A program made the position numbers and the translations under genes. The notes under the pieces are model-generated. The model had not been told where the DNA came from, did no database searches, and saw only the letters and a program-made list of their open reading frames with translations. Positions 38,925-52,050 of a DNA stretch of 64,000 nt are shown piece by piece. Position 1 is the stretch's first letter; the number at the start of each line of letters is the position of its first letter. Origin of the DNA: Ginglymostoma cirratum (lineage: Eukaryota); assembly GCA_024137785.1 (NCBI GenBank), contig JAHRHZ010000271.1, positions 23,175,915 through 23,239,914 on the forward strand. The letters are read 5' to 3'.

Positions 38925-40041
38925 GTAAGTTACGTATTAATATTGACATAATTTGTAATAATGATACAATGTGTAGACTATATTGGTTTCTCCAGTTAAG
39001 GCCATGAATGGTTGAATCATGTGGCTCAATTTGACTGGGCCCCCATGGGCAGAAAATTAGGTGGGTGCATGTGTAAATTAGGTCACCATGTCTTAGGCAG
39101 TGAGCTCAGTGCTGGCCCACTTATCCTACCCATGCCATGGTTTTGCAGGCATCAGGAGTTGTTGAGTGGGTTCCGCAGCTGCGGCCCAATTCAGGCTCAT
39201 GAATGGGCAATGAATGCCCAACTAACAGTCTCATCTTGGTGCTGCTCCAATCTAACGGGCAGCCGCACAGGCTTGTTGCCAGTATGTAGCCAAGCAGGTT
39301 TAGCCTTGCCTGTCAGCACAGCCCCACATAGATCCTAGACATACCTAAATGTCCAGGTCCATCACTGAATGTTGTCTCCTTGACTACGTGCAGTACCAGC
39401 TATGACCACTGCTCCTGCTTGGCGCCAGCAGTGTGCAGAGCTGCCAGCCTCCAATTGGCCCACAGCTTGATGAAGTGGGAGTTCTCCTGAAGATAGACTG
39501 AAGTCCTGACTCATATTAATCACGGGGTAAAATTGAAGTAATGGAGTCAGCTAAGCAAAAATGCGGTTGCAGAGAGCCCAGTCTCTTTGTAAAATCCAGT
39601 CCCTGCAGGCAGAAGGCCCTCTAGTTATTATCCTTGGTCATCAGCAATTGACCTCTGCACTCTTGGTGAAGGAGATAAAAATGAGTTCATGTTCATGCTC
39701 CCAGTTGCTATCATCAAGGGCACACATTCATGTTGGATGTGTACAGATTCAGGGTCATCTGTTAAGACCCTTGTTTCTTCCATATCAGGATTTCATATCC
39801 ATAATATACCCTGCCAATATTTCTACATTTTCTGCTAGTGGGTAAAGACAGGGAAGACGTACACACCTATCTTCGCTTCCTAGTGAAGTTGAGTGAACAA
39901 GCATGCAATGTTTAGCATTTAGGAAGTGGTATCCCAATGAAGAGTTAGCATCTTAAAACAAGGAGGAAGTACGAAAAAATTTTTGAATGAAAAAGAAGAG
40001 TGGACGAAAACAAAATCATTGTTCTGTATTTCGAAGATACT

Positions 40042-40575
40042 AAGAACTGCACATGCTGGAGTCACAGAGTCAACATTGTGTAGAGCTGGAGGAACACAGC
40101 AGGTCAGGTAGCGTCAGAGGAGATGGTGGCTCAGTGGTTAGCACTGCTGCCTCACAGCGCCATGGACCCAGGTTCAATTCCACCCTTGGGCGACTGTCTG
40201 TGTGGAGTTTGGACATACTCCCCGTGTCTGCATGGGTTTCCTCTGGGTGCTCTGGTTTTCTCCCACAGTCCAAAGATGTGCAGGTTAGGCGGATTGGCCA
40301 TGCTGAATTGCTCATAATGTGCAGGGATATGTAGATTAGATGGGTTATAGGGGGATGGGTCTGGATGGGATGCTCTGAGGGTCAGTGTGGATTTGTTGGG
40401 CCGAAGGGCCTGTTTCCACACTGTAGGGATTCTATGAAAGTTGACATTTCGGGTCAGGATCCTTCACAGAACTTGTTTCTGAAGAAGAGTCTCGACCTGA
40501 AACAGTGACTCTCCTACTCCTCCTGATGCTGCTTGACATGCTGTGTTTCTCCAGCTCCACACTGTGTTGACATTT
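40042..40575. mobile_element. Inverted (divergent) pair of Penelope-derived hammerhead elements, the left copy split by a SINE
   Basis: The minus copy (40042-40122 plus 40436-40473) matches the reverse complement of 28890-29010; the plus copy starts at CTGAAGA 40479. Confidence 0.8.
40123..40437 (+). mobile_element. HE1-like V-SINE (tRNA-derived)
   Basis: A box TGGCTCAGTGG 40127-40137, B box GGTTCAATTCC 40171-40181, V-domain ctgtgtggagttt...ccccgtgtctgc...ggtttcc, CR1/HER1-type tail. Confidence 0.9.
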
Positions 40576-42682
40576 GCTCTTTGTTTCATTCTTTAATGTA
40601 TGAAGCTTGATTGTCCAATCTTTCGTATTTTTCAATGTCGAAATGAATTTTGCTGTGTAATGGGAGATCAATTGAAATTAACTAGCAGAATAATTTCTGT
40701 TTCAGGACTATGGTTCTTTTGCAAGCAAGCCAGAAGTGCACGAGCTGAGCAGTAGGCTCATAACTTTCCCACTATGCTTGGCCACAGATTCAAGATTGCT
40801 GGTGAAAGAGCTCCCCCGACAGGAATTATTGCCCATGAACTTCAAAGATAACAGCAATTTACAGAATGCACTTAACTATGTCGTGATGCCATCAGCAGTT
40901 CTTCCCTCACTGTTGTTAAAAGTGAGACTGAACTGTTTATTGCCTTTAGCGCTCACCCTGTTATTTGGGAGGATGTGGTTGTCTTCTTAAAGCTCTCTTC
41001 TGCATTTATAGGCAGGTACATAGGGAAGCTAGTAGATCTGTGGTCACAACAGGAAGTAGCGTTTGCTGGCAGGAGCAATGGAGTTGAGCGGTGTCAGAGA
41101 GGATTAAGGAGGACCTATGTGGAGAGACAAATGCAGGCCAAATTTACACAACCTGTCCTCCTAGTTTAATCCTTTTAATTCCTGAAATAATTGTAGTGAA
41201 TCGGCACTGTAGGGCAAAATGTATTTCCTGAGACACAGTGCCCAAAATTGAACAAATCCCTAGATTGATGTGACTAAAGCTCTTTACAGCTGGAGTATAA
41301 CATGCCCCCTTTTTGACTGTTGTCTAATAAGACTGCAATACATTGTTCCATTATCCTTTCTGATCACTTTTTTTTGTACCTCTGAACTAGTTTTTCATCT
41401 GTGTACATGGAAAATCTTGACTTTTCTGCAGTTCTCACTTTCTTCATTACTGAGCATATATTTTGATGTTTTTTGTTAAGTCAACCCTTGTTATTTGCAC
41501 ACTGGATGAGCAACGTTAAGTGGAGCCTTTGATTGAGCAAAAGCACCAAACTGCCTCTTCATGGTTCATAGCAAAACAAAAGATGAAGGCAGTTTTAATT
41601 TGTTGCAGTGAAAAGTGAAATGGTATGACACAATTTTAGTAGATTTAAAGAAATAGGTACCTCACGAATAATTTACCCAGTTGACAGTCCCCATGTGAAA
41701 TTATTACAAAATAAGACTATGATAATGTTGGTCTAAGGCATCATCATTAGATTGACAGGCAGCCCTTTTCCTTCCTCCCTTCTCTCATCCTAAATAAGAT
41801 AGTAAACTTCTCATAATCTCTTGATTATTGTTGATTCAAGCTGTTGAGAATATGTTAGGTAAAGACGAGGTGGGTTTAGGATTGGTGGTTATAGCAATTC
41901 AGGTCTAGGAAGTTAATTGACATTCCTTCTTAAAGTCTAATTCATCAATGATGACGTTGAGGCCTATTGACTCTTGCCAAATTTGAAACCCTCTGGCATA
42001 ACCATTGTAAGGCACTTCTGTCCTTTAAAAGAAACTTCAAAGCTTGCAACCCCTCTAATGGTACTTATAGATAAATTAATTTTTGAATTCCCTGGCAAAA
42101 TGACAGGAAACATTATGACAACACTCTCACATCATTTACATTGAGTATAGGTATGACTGAAACTCTGCTTCTTCTCTGCCTACAACCTAAAAGAATGAGC
42201 ACATAAAGCTGAGGATAATGTTCTCTCACCATCTTAAGAAACTGTCTGACCCTGCGCTTTGCACTGTGCTGTTTTTAAAGTGAGACAAAAATAGCACCAT
42301 TTAAACACAAAAAAAAACTTGCTTTCTTCAGCTAAGCCAACAATTTCTTTACCATTTTAAGTAACTTGTCTACGAGTTGAAGTTGAGCTGGCTAATTGAA
42401 CAGCTTAGCTGGCAGCCTAATCTTTTTCTTTAGTGCCCAGTGTTGTACACAAATTTGATATGTTTTGTAAATGTGCAGACCTCACTGATGAACTTCTGGA
42501 TAATTGAAAAATTGGAAATCAATGAGTTAGACACTGAAAAAGGATTTCAGTCGTCTAACACGTTAAGCTCCAATTACAAAGTAACTGAATTTCGTTCATA
42601 TAGCGTGTATGTGTGCATGTATGTATTGTTTCAAAATATTCCAGTAGGACACACAATCCTACCTCTTTTTTCCCTTCCCCAG

Positions 42683-42778
42683 ACCCAAAAGCAGCAAGAA
42701 TTTTTCATTGGCTCCACCAAAGTAAATGCAACAACTGACTGGACTATTTTGGATGGAGTTATTTGTCAAGTATTTAAG
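42683..42778 (+). CDS. NAV1: NAV1-like exon, TQKQQEFFIGSTKVNATTDWTILDGVICQVFK
   Basis: Long pyrimidine tract plus cag acceptor, gtatgt donor; 96 nt. Confidence 0.94.
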
Positions 42779-43269
42779 GTATGTTTCCTTAGTTGCTATA
42801 TGAGATGATTTTTCTACCTAATATCCTTCTGATAATTGTTATATGCGGTGAAAGATTTGTGTATGTAAAGCCAGTCAGCTACAGACTCCAGTCAAGCTTC
42901 CCAATGCTACTTGCCAGTCAAGGGTTTTTGAACATCAGTCAGCTCAAACGTCAACCTGTATTTGGAGCAAACCTTTAAAGGGGGGAGTTTTGGCAAGACA
43001 GTTGTGTAACCAGACTGGCAGCACCTTGTGGTACAGAATCGGTCTGATTAGGCCATAGCGGATCTGGAAAAAAACTGACCTGAATCCAAAAATAGATATT
43101 TGGACTCAGAATAGCATATGCAAAGTATTTCACACTTGGAAGGTGCCATTTTCAAATTTGGCAGGAAACGCTCCTGGACTGAAATATTTTCCAGAAGTGG
43201 AGACCACTTCACTTCTCAAAGTGTGCACCTTGGCTCTAATTTCACCCGTCAGTTGTAACATGACACAGT

Positions 43270-43920
43270 TTAGAATCATAGAATTTTACAGTACAGAAGG
43301 AGGACATTTGACTTATCATGTCTGTACCAGGTCCTGAAAGAGCTACCCAGCGAGTCCCACACTCCAACGCTATCTCTGTAGCCTTCTAACCTCATCGCTT
43401 TCAAACATATATCCAGTTCTCTTTTGTAGCCTCCTCCTCCATTCTCAGGTAGTGCATTCCAAATCATAACAACTCTGAGTAAGAAAGTTTCTCCTCCTCT
43501 CACTTCTAGTTCTCTTGCTGACAGTCTTGAAATTGTGACCCCTGGTTACTGACATACCAACAAGTGGAAACAGAATATCCTTCTTTATCCTGTCAAAATT
43601 GTTCACAATTTTGAATACCTCAATAAGGTCACCCATTACTCCTGTCTGCTCCAAGGAGAATAAACTCTCTAATCTTTCTTTGTATTTAAAATCCTTAATT
43701 CCTGGCATCATGATAGTAAATCGCCTTTGAATTCCCTCCAGGGCTTTAACAGCTTTCCTTAAATAAGGTGCCCAGAACTGAGCATAATACTCTTGCTTTT
43801 ATGCTCTATGCCTCTGTGCATAAACCTAAGGATCCTCTAAGCCTTCGTAACAATGGTTTCAACTTGCTTGGCTACTCTCAGAGAGTTGTGCACATGAACC
43901 CTAGGTCCATCTGCTCCTTA
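43270..43920 (-). mobile_element. CR1 LINE 3' fragment
   Basis: GDLIEVFKIV and TRGHNFK coding plus tail. Confidence 0.87.
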
Positions 43921-46900
43921 GTAGAGTCTGTTTACTCCAGTTGACCCTTATCACTGTGTTTGTAAGGATGACCTTTCACAATATCTAGATATCTGAGATA
44001 ACTAAGTGACATTCTTTTTACAGATTTTTCCTTTAAGTGAATAAACTCAAAACGGGCTTTCCTTTTATATGCAGACTTGATGTAGCAGTAATGTCTCCTG
44101 AATAATAATCCAAAACCTCAGGCTAACAGTCTGTGGATACAAGGTTAAATTTAGCCATATAAGATGGCGAACTTTGAATTCAATAAAAATTCTGGAATAG
44201 GAACATTGCACCCACTGTCAATTGTCATAAGAAAAAAAAATTGACTTACTAACGTCCTTCAGAGAATGAAATCTTTCATTCTTACCTGGTATGGCCTAGT
44301 AAGTGAGACAGTTCAAGGGTAATTGGGGTGGACATAAATGTTTTCCCAGGCAGAAGTTCCATGAAAAAAAAATCCACTGCCTTCTGATGTAATTATGTAT
44401 TGTTATGTTTGTGGTGTAACTAGTATGTTTGAGCTCTTCCTGCCGAGGATTATGATGTTGCGTGCACAGGGATATAGCTCAATAAGGTAAGGAACAGGCC
44501 TTTAGTATTCCTGTTTACCAAATATTCAAGAATGATAAAGGCAGGTCTAACAATATTGATCAAGGATGACATTTCAGTTGTAAATAGGAGAAACACACTC
44601 GTTTGTTTTGTGACTGAATCTATTAGATTTCAATAGAGAGGCAGTTGTTATGTTGTTGGGAGGGTTTGTGGAGCTCTAAAAAGTTTTTAAAGTTATTTGA
44701 GCAATTATTTTTGGCAAACTTCTGTTGTGTAACAAAAACAGAGCAGTAATATATCATATTAGGATTATCAATCACTGACAGCTTTTGGTTGGGGTAGAGT
44801 GCTGCCATGAATCTTCCTTTCTATTCTTTTAAACAAATCATTAATCAGGTTAGACAGTCCACGGTGCAACACTGTAACACTAATCATTTTGTATCACCAA
44901 TATCTTTTCTTGATCCCATTTTGTAATCTAATTTTGAACCATTATGTTTTGAATTGTGTTATAATTGAGAGTGATTGACAGTCATTTGATTCTGAACCTC
45001 CTTTGTCCAAAGCTGTAAACCCATGAGATCTAGTCCATTGCCAAGTTTCTTGCCCACTTACAGCACTGTTTCACTTCCTATGCTCCAAATATTTTTGTAA
45101 GATTTGCCACAGCATGTGAGGCATCCTTAAAGTAGGTAATAAAACTGGATAGTTAAGTAATAAACTAGTCATTAAGTTTATTTGGTGGTCTCCAGCCGCT
45201 CTAAATAGTGGTTCCATTCTAACTGTAAAATAGGCTTGTTTTGTGAACTGCTAATATAATTCACTTGCTCCAAATAAATATCTTATTCAAAATTAATGCA
45301 AGGCATACAAACCTATGCGCTACTTTCTTTCCATTGCAGTTCCCTAAAGTAGGCCAAAAGATTGTGGAATTTCAAATGCACGTACAGCCAGCATGATTGA
45401 GTTTCATGATCTTTTGCCCTGGATTTAAAAAAGACATCATACTGGATGTTGACCTCACTCGCAAAACAAACAAGTGCCAGATCTAGTTCATCACCATTGC
45501 ACATTTCTGCCAATCACACCCCTTATTGCAGGCTTTCAAAGCCAGTGTTAAAATTGAGCTTCTTTAAAGTGCAAAAAGACCTAATTGCCAAATTTTCAAA
45601 AAAGCTTTTGAATAATTTTATGTAAATTAATAAGAAAGCAATAACACTGATATAAACAGCAATTGGTTACTTACAATAATGTAACAGTGTTTTTCTTTGT
45701 TAAAAAGAAGTCGACGTGTGTGATAAACTGATTCCTATTAATCAAACTGCATACACTAAGTCGCCACACTTAAATTTATTAAGGAATGTCTCTCGTTGAG
45801 TGTGTTTCAATTTTGCACTCTAGTCTACCCTGATACTCATTTGATAAACTCAAGACTTAGCTTTTAAGTATGAACAGCAGCCTCCTGTACCCATCCTTAG
45901 CTAAGTTGACTGACCTCAGATAATCACAATACACATATGCCAGGGTAAACCATACAGTAATAATACAGTTTTTCTTCAGAACAGTTTATAAATCAGGGAA
46001 CATTCCTGAAGTGTTACTCCATTTTAGTATCTTTGCATTCCCTGTGTGTGTGTGCCAAGACTGTGTATTGTAACTGCAGCTGCTCAGTCTACATTTTTAA
46101 CCAGACCCACCAGGTTGCTCCCGATCCACTCATTCCCACCATCTTGCCCAACCATTTTGTTCCTTCCCACTGCAAAACGAGGATCCCGGAGAGCAGCAAC
46201 AGGTGGTGGGGGAGTGAGAGGGGGAAGCAGAGAGAGCGAGTGAGGCAGCAAGAAGATAGTAGGAATCAGGAGGGAGAAGTTGAGCAATTGATAGTGAGGT
46301 ACTTGAGAGTGAGAAATAACAAATAAGAGGCAAGTTGAGTCAGGGTTATAATTGAAAATGAACTTTTTGGCCAGTTAGGTTCAAGGCAGCAAATAGGACT
46401 TTAATGTAGAGATTCCAAGCCAAGGTCATAATCCACCTTACTACCTGATTTCTTCTGGGAAAGTGATGTTTATTTAACATATTCTCAATTATCACCCCAA
46501 TTATTTGTTGGGGGGTGGGGGGGAAGACGCGGGGAGTGCCAAGCAAGAAGTTCATTTCACAGTTTCTGGGATCGGACGTAGTTTGAGGTGATGAAATCAG
46601 TCAGCATTTCCATTTCCAGTTGTTATCCAGTACCAACAGCTGGAAGTTTCCACAATTACAGATTGGAGAATCGGTGAATATAGGAAGCGAACCAGCAAAT
46701 CTTGGAAATGCTATGCAAGCAGCATCTGTGAAGATTGAAATCAAGTCAGTGTTTCAGTTTAATGACCTGTCTTTAAGTGGTAGCAAGGTTGGCCTGTCTT
46801 TGGCACTCACTCATGATCAAACATTCTGCTGACAGACACTATCTAGCCTTATGTGAGTGGTGACCAGTCGAGCAAGGTAACTGGCAGCACTTGGCTGGCA

Positions 46901-47349
46901 TGCAGACAGAACTCAGCAAGGAGCTCAGCTCTTCAGGAGCAAATTGGCAATAAATATATTCCACTCTACAGGCCAATGCCCTTCTGAATTGCATAAGTCT
47001 GTGCGCTCTGTGCTGAAAGATCTGGCCAACACTGTGCCCCTCATTATCCTGTTGAGTCATTGGCAGTATCCAAGCTCTACTGGACACAAGAATATAATTC
47101 TGATTTTCATGTGAATTTTCCATAATTGGGATCAGTTGACTTTGAGGAGCTTGGCTGTTTTGTCCCAGAATCCACCATCAGGGAGGGTTGTTGAGTGGAC
47201 AGTAACAGGAGAAGGGAGATATTTGAAGGTTCAAAAAAAAGACAGTATCCAGATAACCAGTGCATCAAACCAACAGTTTCATACTTAACTCCTTCCTTCG
47301 TCTTTTGTAAATATGGAAAATTCACATAAATCAGAATTATATTCTTGCG

Positions 47350-48735
47350 TCCATAATCCAGAGTAGCAGAAATCAGGCCATTTGGCCCATTGAGTCTTCT
47401 CCACCATTCACTCATGGTTGATATAGTTTCTCAACCCCATTCTCCCACTTTCTCCCCATAATACTTGATCCCGTTGACAATCAAGAACCTATCTAATCTG
47501 TCTTAAATATACTCAGTGACCTGGCCTCCGCAGCTTTCTGTGGCAATGAATTCCATAGGTTCACGATTCTCTGGCTGAGGACGTTTCTGCTTATCTCTAT
47601 CCTATAGGGTCTTCCCTTTACTTTAAGGCTGTGCCCTCGGGTCCTAGTCTCCCCTGCCAATGGAAACATCTTCCCAGCGCCCACTCTGTCCAGGCCATTC
47701 AATATCCTGTAGGTTTCAATTAGGTTCCTCCCCTCATCCTTCTAAATTCCATTGAATATAGACCCAAAGTCCTCAAACATTCCTCGTATGTTAACCATTT
47801 CATTCCTGGGATCATTCTTGTGACCCTCCTCTGGGCCTGCTCTGGGGCATCCTTCCTGAGGTATGGGGCCCAAAATTGTTCACAATACTCTAAATGTGGT
47901 CTGACCAGAGCTTTATAAAGCCTCAGAAGTACATCCCTGTTTTTATATTTTAGTCCTCTCGAAAAAAATGCCAACATTGTATTTGCCTTCCTAACTGCCA
48001 ACTCAACCTGCATGTTCACCTTAAGAGAATCCTGGATGAGAACTACCGAGTCCCTTTGCACTTCAGATTTCTGAATTTTCTCCCCATTTAGAAAACAGTC
48101 TGTGCCTCTATTCTTCCATCTCACACTTTCCCAAATTGTATTCCATCTGCCACTTCTTTGCACACTCTCAAAGAACAAAGAAAACTTACAGCCCAGGAAC
48201 AGGCCCTTCGGCCCTCCAAGCCTGTGCCGATCCAAATCCACTGTCTAAACCTATCGCCCAATTCCTAAGGATCTGTATCCCTCTGCTCCCCACCTACTCA
48301 TGCATCTGTCCAGATGCACCTTAAATGAATCTACCGTGCCTGCCTCTACTACCTCTGCTGGCAACGCGTTCCAGGCACTTACCACCCTCTGTGTAAAGTA
48401 CTTTCCACGTGTATCCCCCTTAAACTTTTCTCCTCTCACCTTGAACGCGTGACCCCTCGTTATTGAATCCCTCACCCTGGGAAAAAGCTTATCTCTATCA
48501 ACCCTGTCTATACCCTTCATGATTTTGAAGACCTCAATCAGGTCCCCCCTCAATCTCCTTTTTTCTAATGAAAACAATCCTAACCTACTCAACCTGTCTT
48601 CATCTCTCCTAATCTGCCTAAATCCTTCTGCAGCCTCCCAGACTCCTCCACACTACCTGTCCATCCAGCTATCTTTGTTCATCTGCAAACGTAGCTGGAA
48701 TGCCTTCAGTTCCTTCATCTAGATCATTAATGTCC
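47350..48735 (-). mobile_element. CR1 LINE of the same subfamily as 32258-33428, interrupted by a younger CR1
   Basis: FLNGEKIQKSEVQRD and LVRPHLEYCEQFWAPYLRKD; the element resumes after 48604. Confidence 0.92.
48170..48603 (-). mobile_element. Younger nested CR1 3' end
   Basis: Uninterrupted frame RLGLFSLEKRRLRGDLIEVFKIMKG...; CTCTC on both sides (48165-48169 and 48604-48608). Confidence 0.9.
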
Positions 48736-49519
48736 AGTAAAGCTTGGAAGCCGCTAGTGATTCAGTAAGATAATGACAGACTCCATGTTGGCCAGATCTT
48801 TCAACGCAGAGTGCACAGTCTCACCACTTGCATGTAATGGAATACAAGTGCCCATTTTAGAAAGGAGGGGTGAATTTTCAGGGGTGGGGTCACTACCGGG
48901 TGAAGGATTGACAAATTGCCAACAGTTACCGTCAGTGTCCCCTCTGAATCTGACATTCAGAGATTCTGGACAGGTGCAGATTCCAGAAGGTGTAGTACGT
49001 CACTCAGGATCCACTCTAACTGAAGAAGTGTTGGACCATAATCCCATAAATAATTTTGAAAGGCAGTTGCCGAGTTACTAAAACTCCGCTTTGACACTCA
49101 GGGTTCCGACACAGTGTAAACTGTGGACCCTCCCAGAATCAGCAACCACGAAGATCAATGAGTATTTTAAGACTCACATTTCCCGTCACTGTAAGAAACC
49201 TGAAAAATGTTACACCAGTTCTGTCAAGTGTAACTGGGTTATTACTGTTGGTGACCATTTTATGAACAATTGCATGTGCCCTGAAGCAGTAATGCTATAT
49301 TTGTCAAGTACTGTCAAGTGGTTAGTTCATGCATACTTTTTAAAATTTTTTTTTTTTAAGCTTCTTCCAGTATATTTTAGTTTCCACCTCACCCACAGTG
49401 TCCGCTCTCCCTAACATGCATCATGGACTTTGGCTGTTCGGCAAGGTGGCTTATCGCCAACCTGTCGAGGGCAATTATGGATGCACAATAAATGCTGGCC
49501 TTGCCTGTGACACTTTTTA

Positions 49520-50280
49520 AAAATGCCTCATTGGTTAGGTAAGCACTTGTTGTCTATTCCCAATTGCTGTGGAGGAGGTGGTGGTGAGCTACCTTCTTGA
49601 ACCACTGCAGTCTGTGATATAGGTACACCCACAATGCTGCTAGGAAGGGAATTTTGACCCTGGAATACTAAAGGAAGGCTGATATAGTTTCAAGTCAGTT
49701 TAATCAGTGGTTTGGAGGGGAATGTCTTCGTGGTGGTACTCACATGCATTTACTGTTCTTAATGATCGAGTTTGCACGTTTGGGAGTGGGCTTGATCAAC
49801 TGCTGCATCGCATCTTGTATATGGTGCACACTGCTGCTACTGTGTACCAGTGTCAGAGGGACTTGATGCTTAAGTTGGTGGATAAGGTGCTATTTCAGTG
49901 AGCTCCTTTGTGCTGGCTGATGACAAAGCTTGTTGACTCCAAGCAAGTGGGGAGTATTCCATCAACACTGTTGACTTGAAAATTAGATGGTAAACAGACT
50001 TTGGAGAATCAAGAGGTTTGCTTCTGCGGAATTCTGACCTTTTGAAGACACAGTTTAGATAGCTGGTTCAGTTCACTTATGGTTAATGGTAACCTCGCTG
50101 ATGTTGCTAAAGAGGATTCTGCAGTGGTAATGTCACTGCATATCAAGGAGAGAGGGTTAAATTTTCTCTTGTTGGAGATGACCATTGACTTACTTGTGGC
50201 TTGTCAGCTCAGACCTGAATGTTGTCCCATACTTGCTGCACTTGGTCTTGCATTGTTTCAGTCTCTAAGTAGTTATGAAT
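49520..50280 (-). mobile_element. Degenerate LINE 3' region
   Basis: Homologous to 9090-9360 and 60880-61130. Confidence 0.55.
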
Positions 50281-50638
50281 GTTTTAATAACCTATTCCTC
50301 TAATAAATCAAAAGATCTGATATGTTTATTTAATAGCCTTATAATCTTTACTTGAAAGTTTTTGTACATTATACCCACAAGTGTCTTTGTTTCTGCACTC
50401 CCTTTAAAATAGCTCAATCTCGTTTTACAAAAGTATCTGAAATGCCTAAAATGAAATAGAGAACCAAGTGCACACTTTGCATTTGAATATTCATTTAAAA
50501 TTCAAGGTTCAATAATGATTTTAATTATAATTACAATTACTATTATGCACAAAATAGCGACCCATGAAATTTTACACAAGTTAATAAAATATTCAGTAAA
50601 ATGTGTCCACATCTTATTAGGCCATACTTTTCTCATAG

Positions 50639-50804
50639 GACTACATTACGAAGGTGGATCCAGTTTCTTGTCTTGGATTGAACACGGATGCCATCTACAG
50701 CTACAGTGTCGATCATGTAAAACGTGTATTTGGAACAGATGCACCGGATGTGCTGCCCTACAGATATATGGGAAAAGATTCCACATTCTCTGTAACTTTG
50801 AAAG
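50639..50804 (+). CDS. NAV1: NAV1-like exon, DYITKVDPVSCLGLNTDAIYSYSVDHVKRVFG...SVTLK
   Basis: tctcatag acceptor and gtcagt donor; 166 nt; this frame is not shown in the ORF track. Confidence 0.93.
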
Positions 50805-51664
50805 GTCAGTGAATGAAAGAAATAACACACAATTTCCAAACATTTAGCTCAGATTTCTCCCTTTTTTGTTATAAAATGTGCTTGCTCTTAATCGATGATC
50901 AATTCAAAATTGTTGGTCACGATTTTGATTTTTGGGAGTCATAGAGAACATACGTTGTAGTTTGAGTTGTGTTGGTGTGGATGTATAGATGTGTCTTTAT
51001 TTGTGATGAGACTGGCACAATAATTCTCTCCACATGAAACAGTTCCTATATCATGGTTAATTAGACATGGCATAACCACACAACATTGATCTTCAATGAA
51101 TCAAAGAGACAGAAAACATATGGTTGGTTCTGCACATTAGCATCTACCCAGTGTCCAAATAATTATGATTTTAAATATTTTAAAACATCTATTACATTTT
51201 TAAAGCTGTTATAAGCTATTTAAATATCTTCTATGTTTTTGCCATAGCTTTGAAAGTTTGTTGGAATCTATCTCCAGTACATTGATACTACTCAGGACCC
51301 CTTGTTTGTACACAGCATCCTTCCCTGGCTCCATTTACCCTGATTCCCTGCTGTTCAAGCTTTTCCTCCCCCTCCCTTGGCTCCCAACTCCTGCTTTCTA
51401 GTTCCATTAACCCAGCCACCCTTCCATACTCCCTGGGCTCATCTTTTTTAAGATGCAGCCTCTGATCTTTTTATACTGTGCCTTGGATATCCACCTTCCT
51501 TTCTCATGCCTATCCCTCCTCTTCCAGCAAATGGCATAATTGGGACTGGGAGTGCTGCATAATAATTTAAATAAGATTAAATCTTTGATAGTACCAGGGG
51601 GCTTTTTCCCCATGCCCGTGATGCAAGATACAGTGAAAACATGATGATTTAAAATTAGATAAAC

Positions 51665-51770
51665 CCAAATAAAAAGCAAAGTGCTGGAGGAACTCAGTAG
51701 GTCTGACAGCACCCATGAAGAGAAAGAAAAGCTAACATTACAAGTTTGATATGAGTCATCATCTGAACTC
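51665..51770 (-). mobile_element. Degenerate hammerhead mini-element
   Basis: Tail gtgctggaggaactcagtaggtctgacagc; minus-strand core AGTT-CAGATGA...GTAATGTT-AGCT. Confidence 0.6.
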
Positions 51771-51971
51771 AACTCCGATTGAGTCTGAGTTGTCAGTATT
51801 TTCCGCTGACAAAATAACCTTTAATAAATTGAAAGTCCACACTGTGAATTCCAGATTGATCAGCTAAACTTCGGCCAATTGGAACAGAGTTAAAACAGGT
51901 GACAGAGCAAAGTAATGGACAAGTCATATTCAATGTCTGATCTCTGTCTCTGTCTCCCCGGCATGCTTTTG

Positions 51972-51993
51972 CTCTCTCCCTCCCTCTCTCTCC

Positions 51994-52048
<55 letters not shown>
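51972..52048. repeat. (CT)n microsatellite
   Basis: Seen directly. Confidence 0.95.

Positions 52049-52050
<2 letters not shown>

Noticed and set aside
40123-40195. tRNA gene
   Set aside because: The A and B boxes continue into a V-SINE core and LINE tail, so this is a SINE head.
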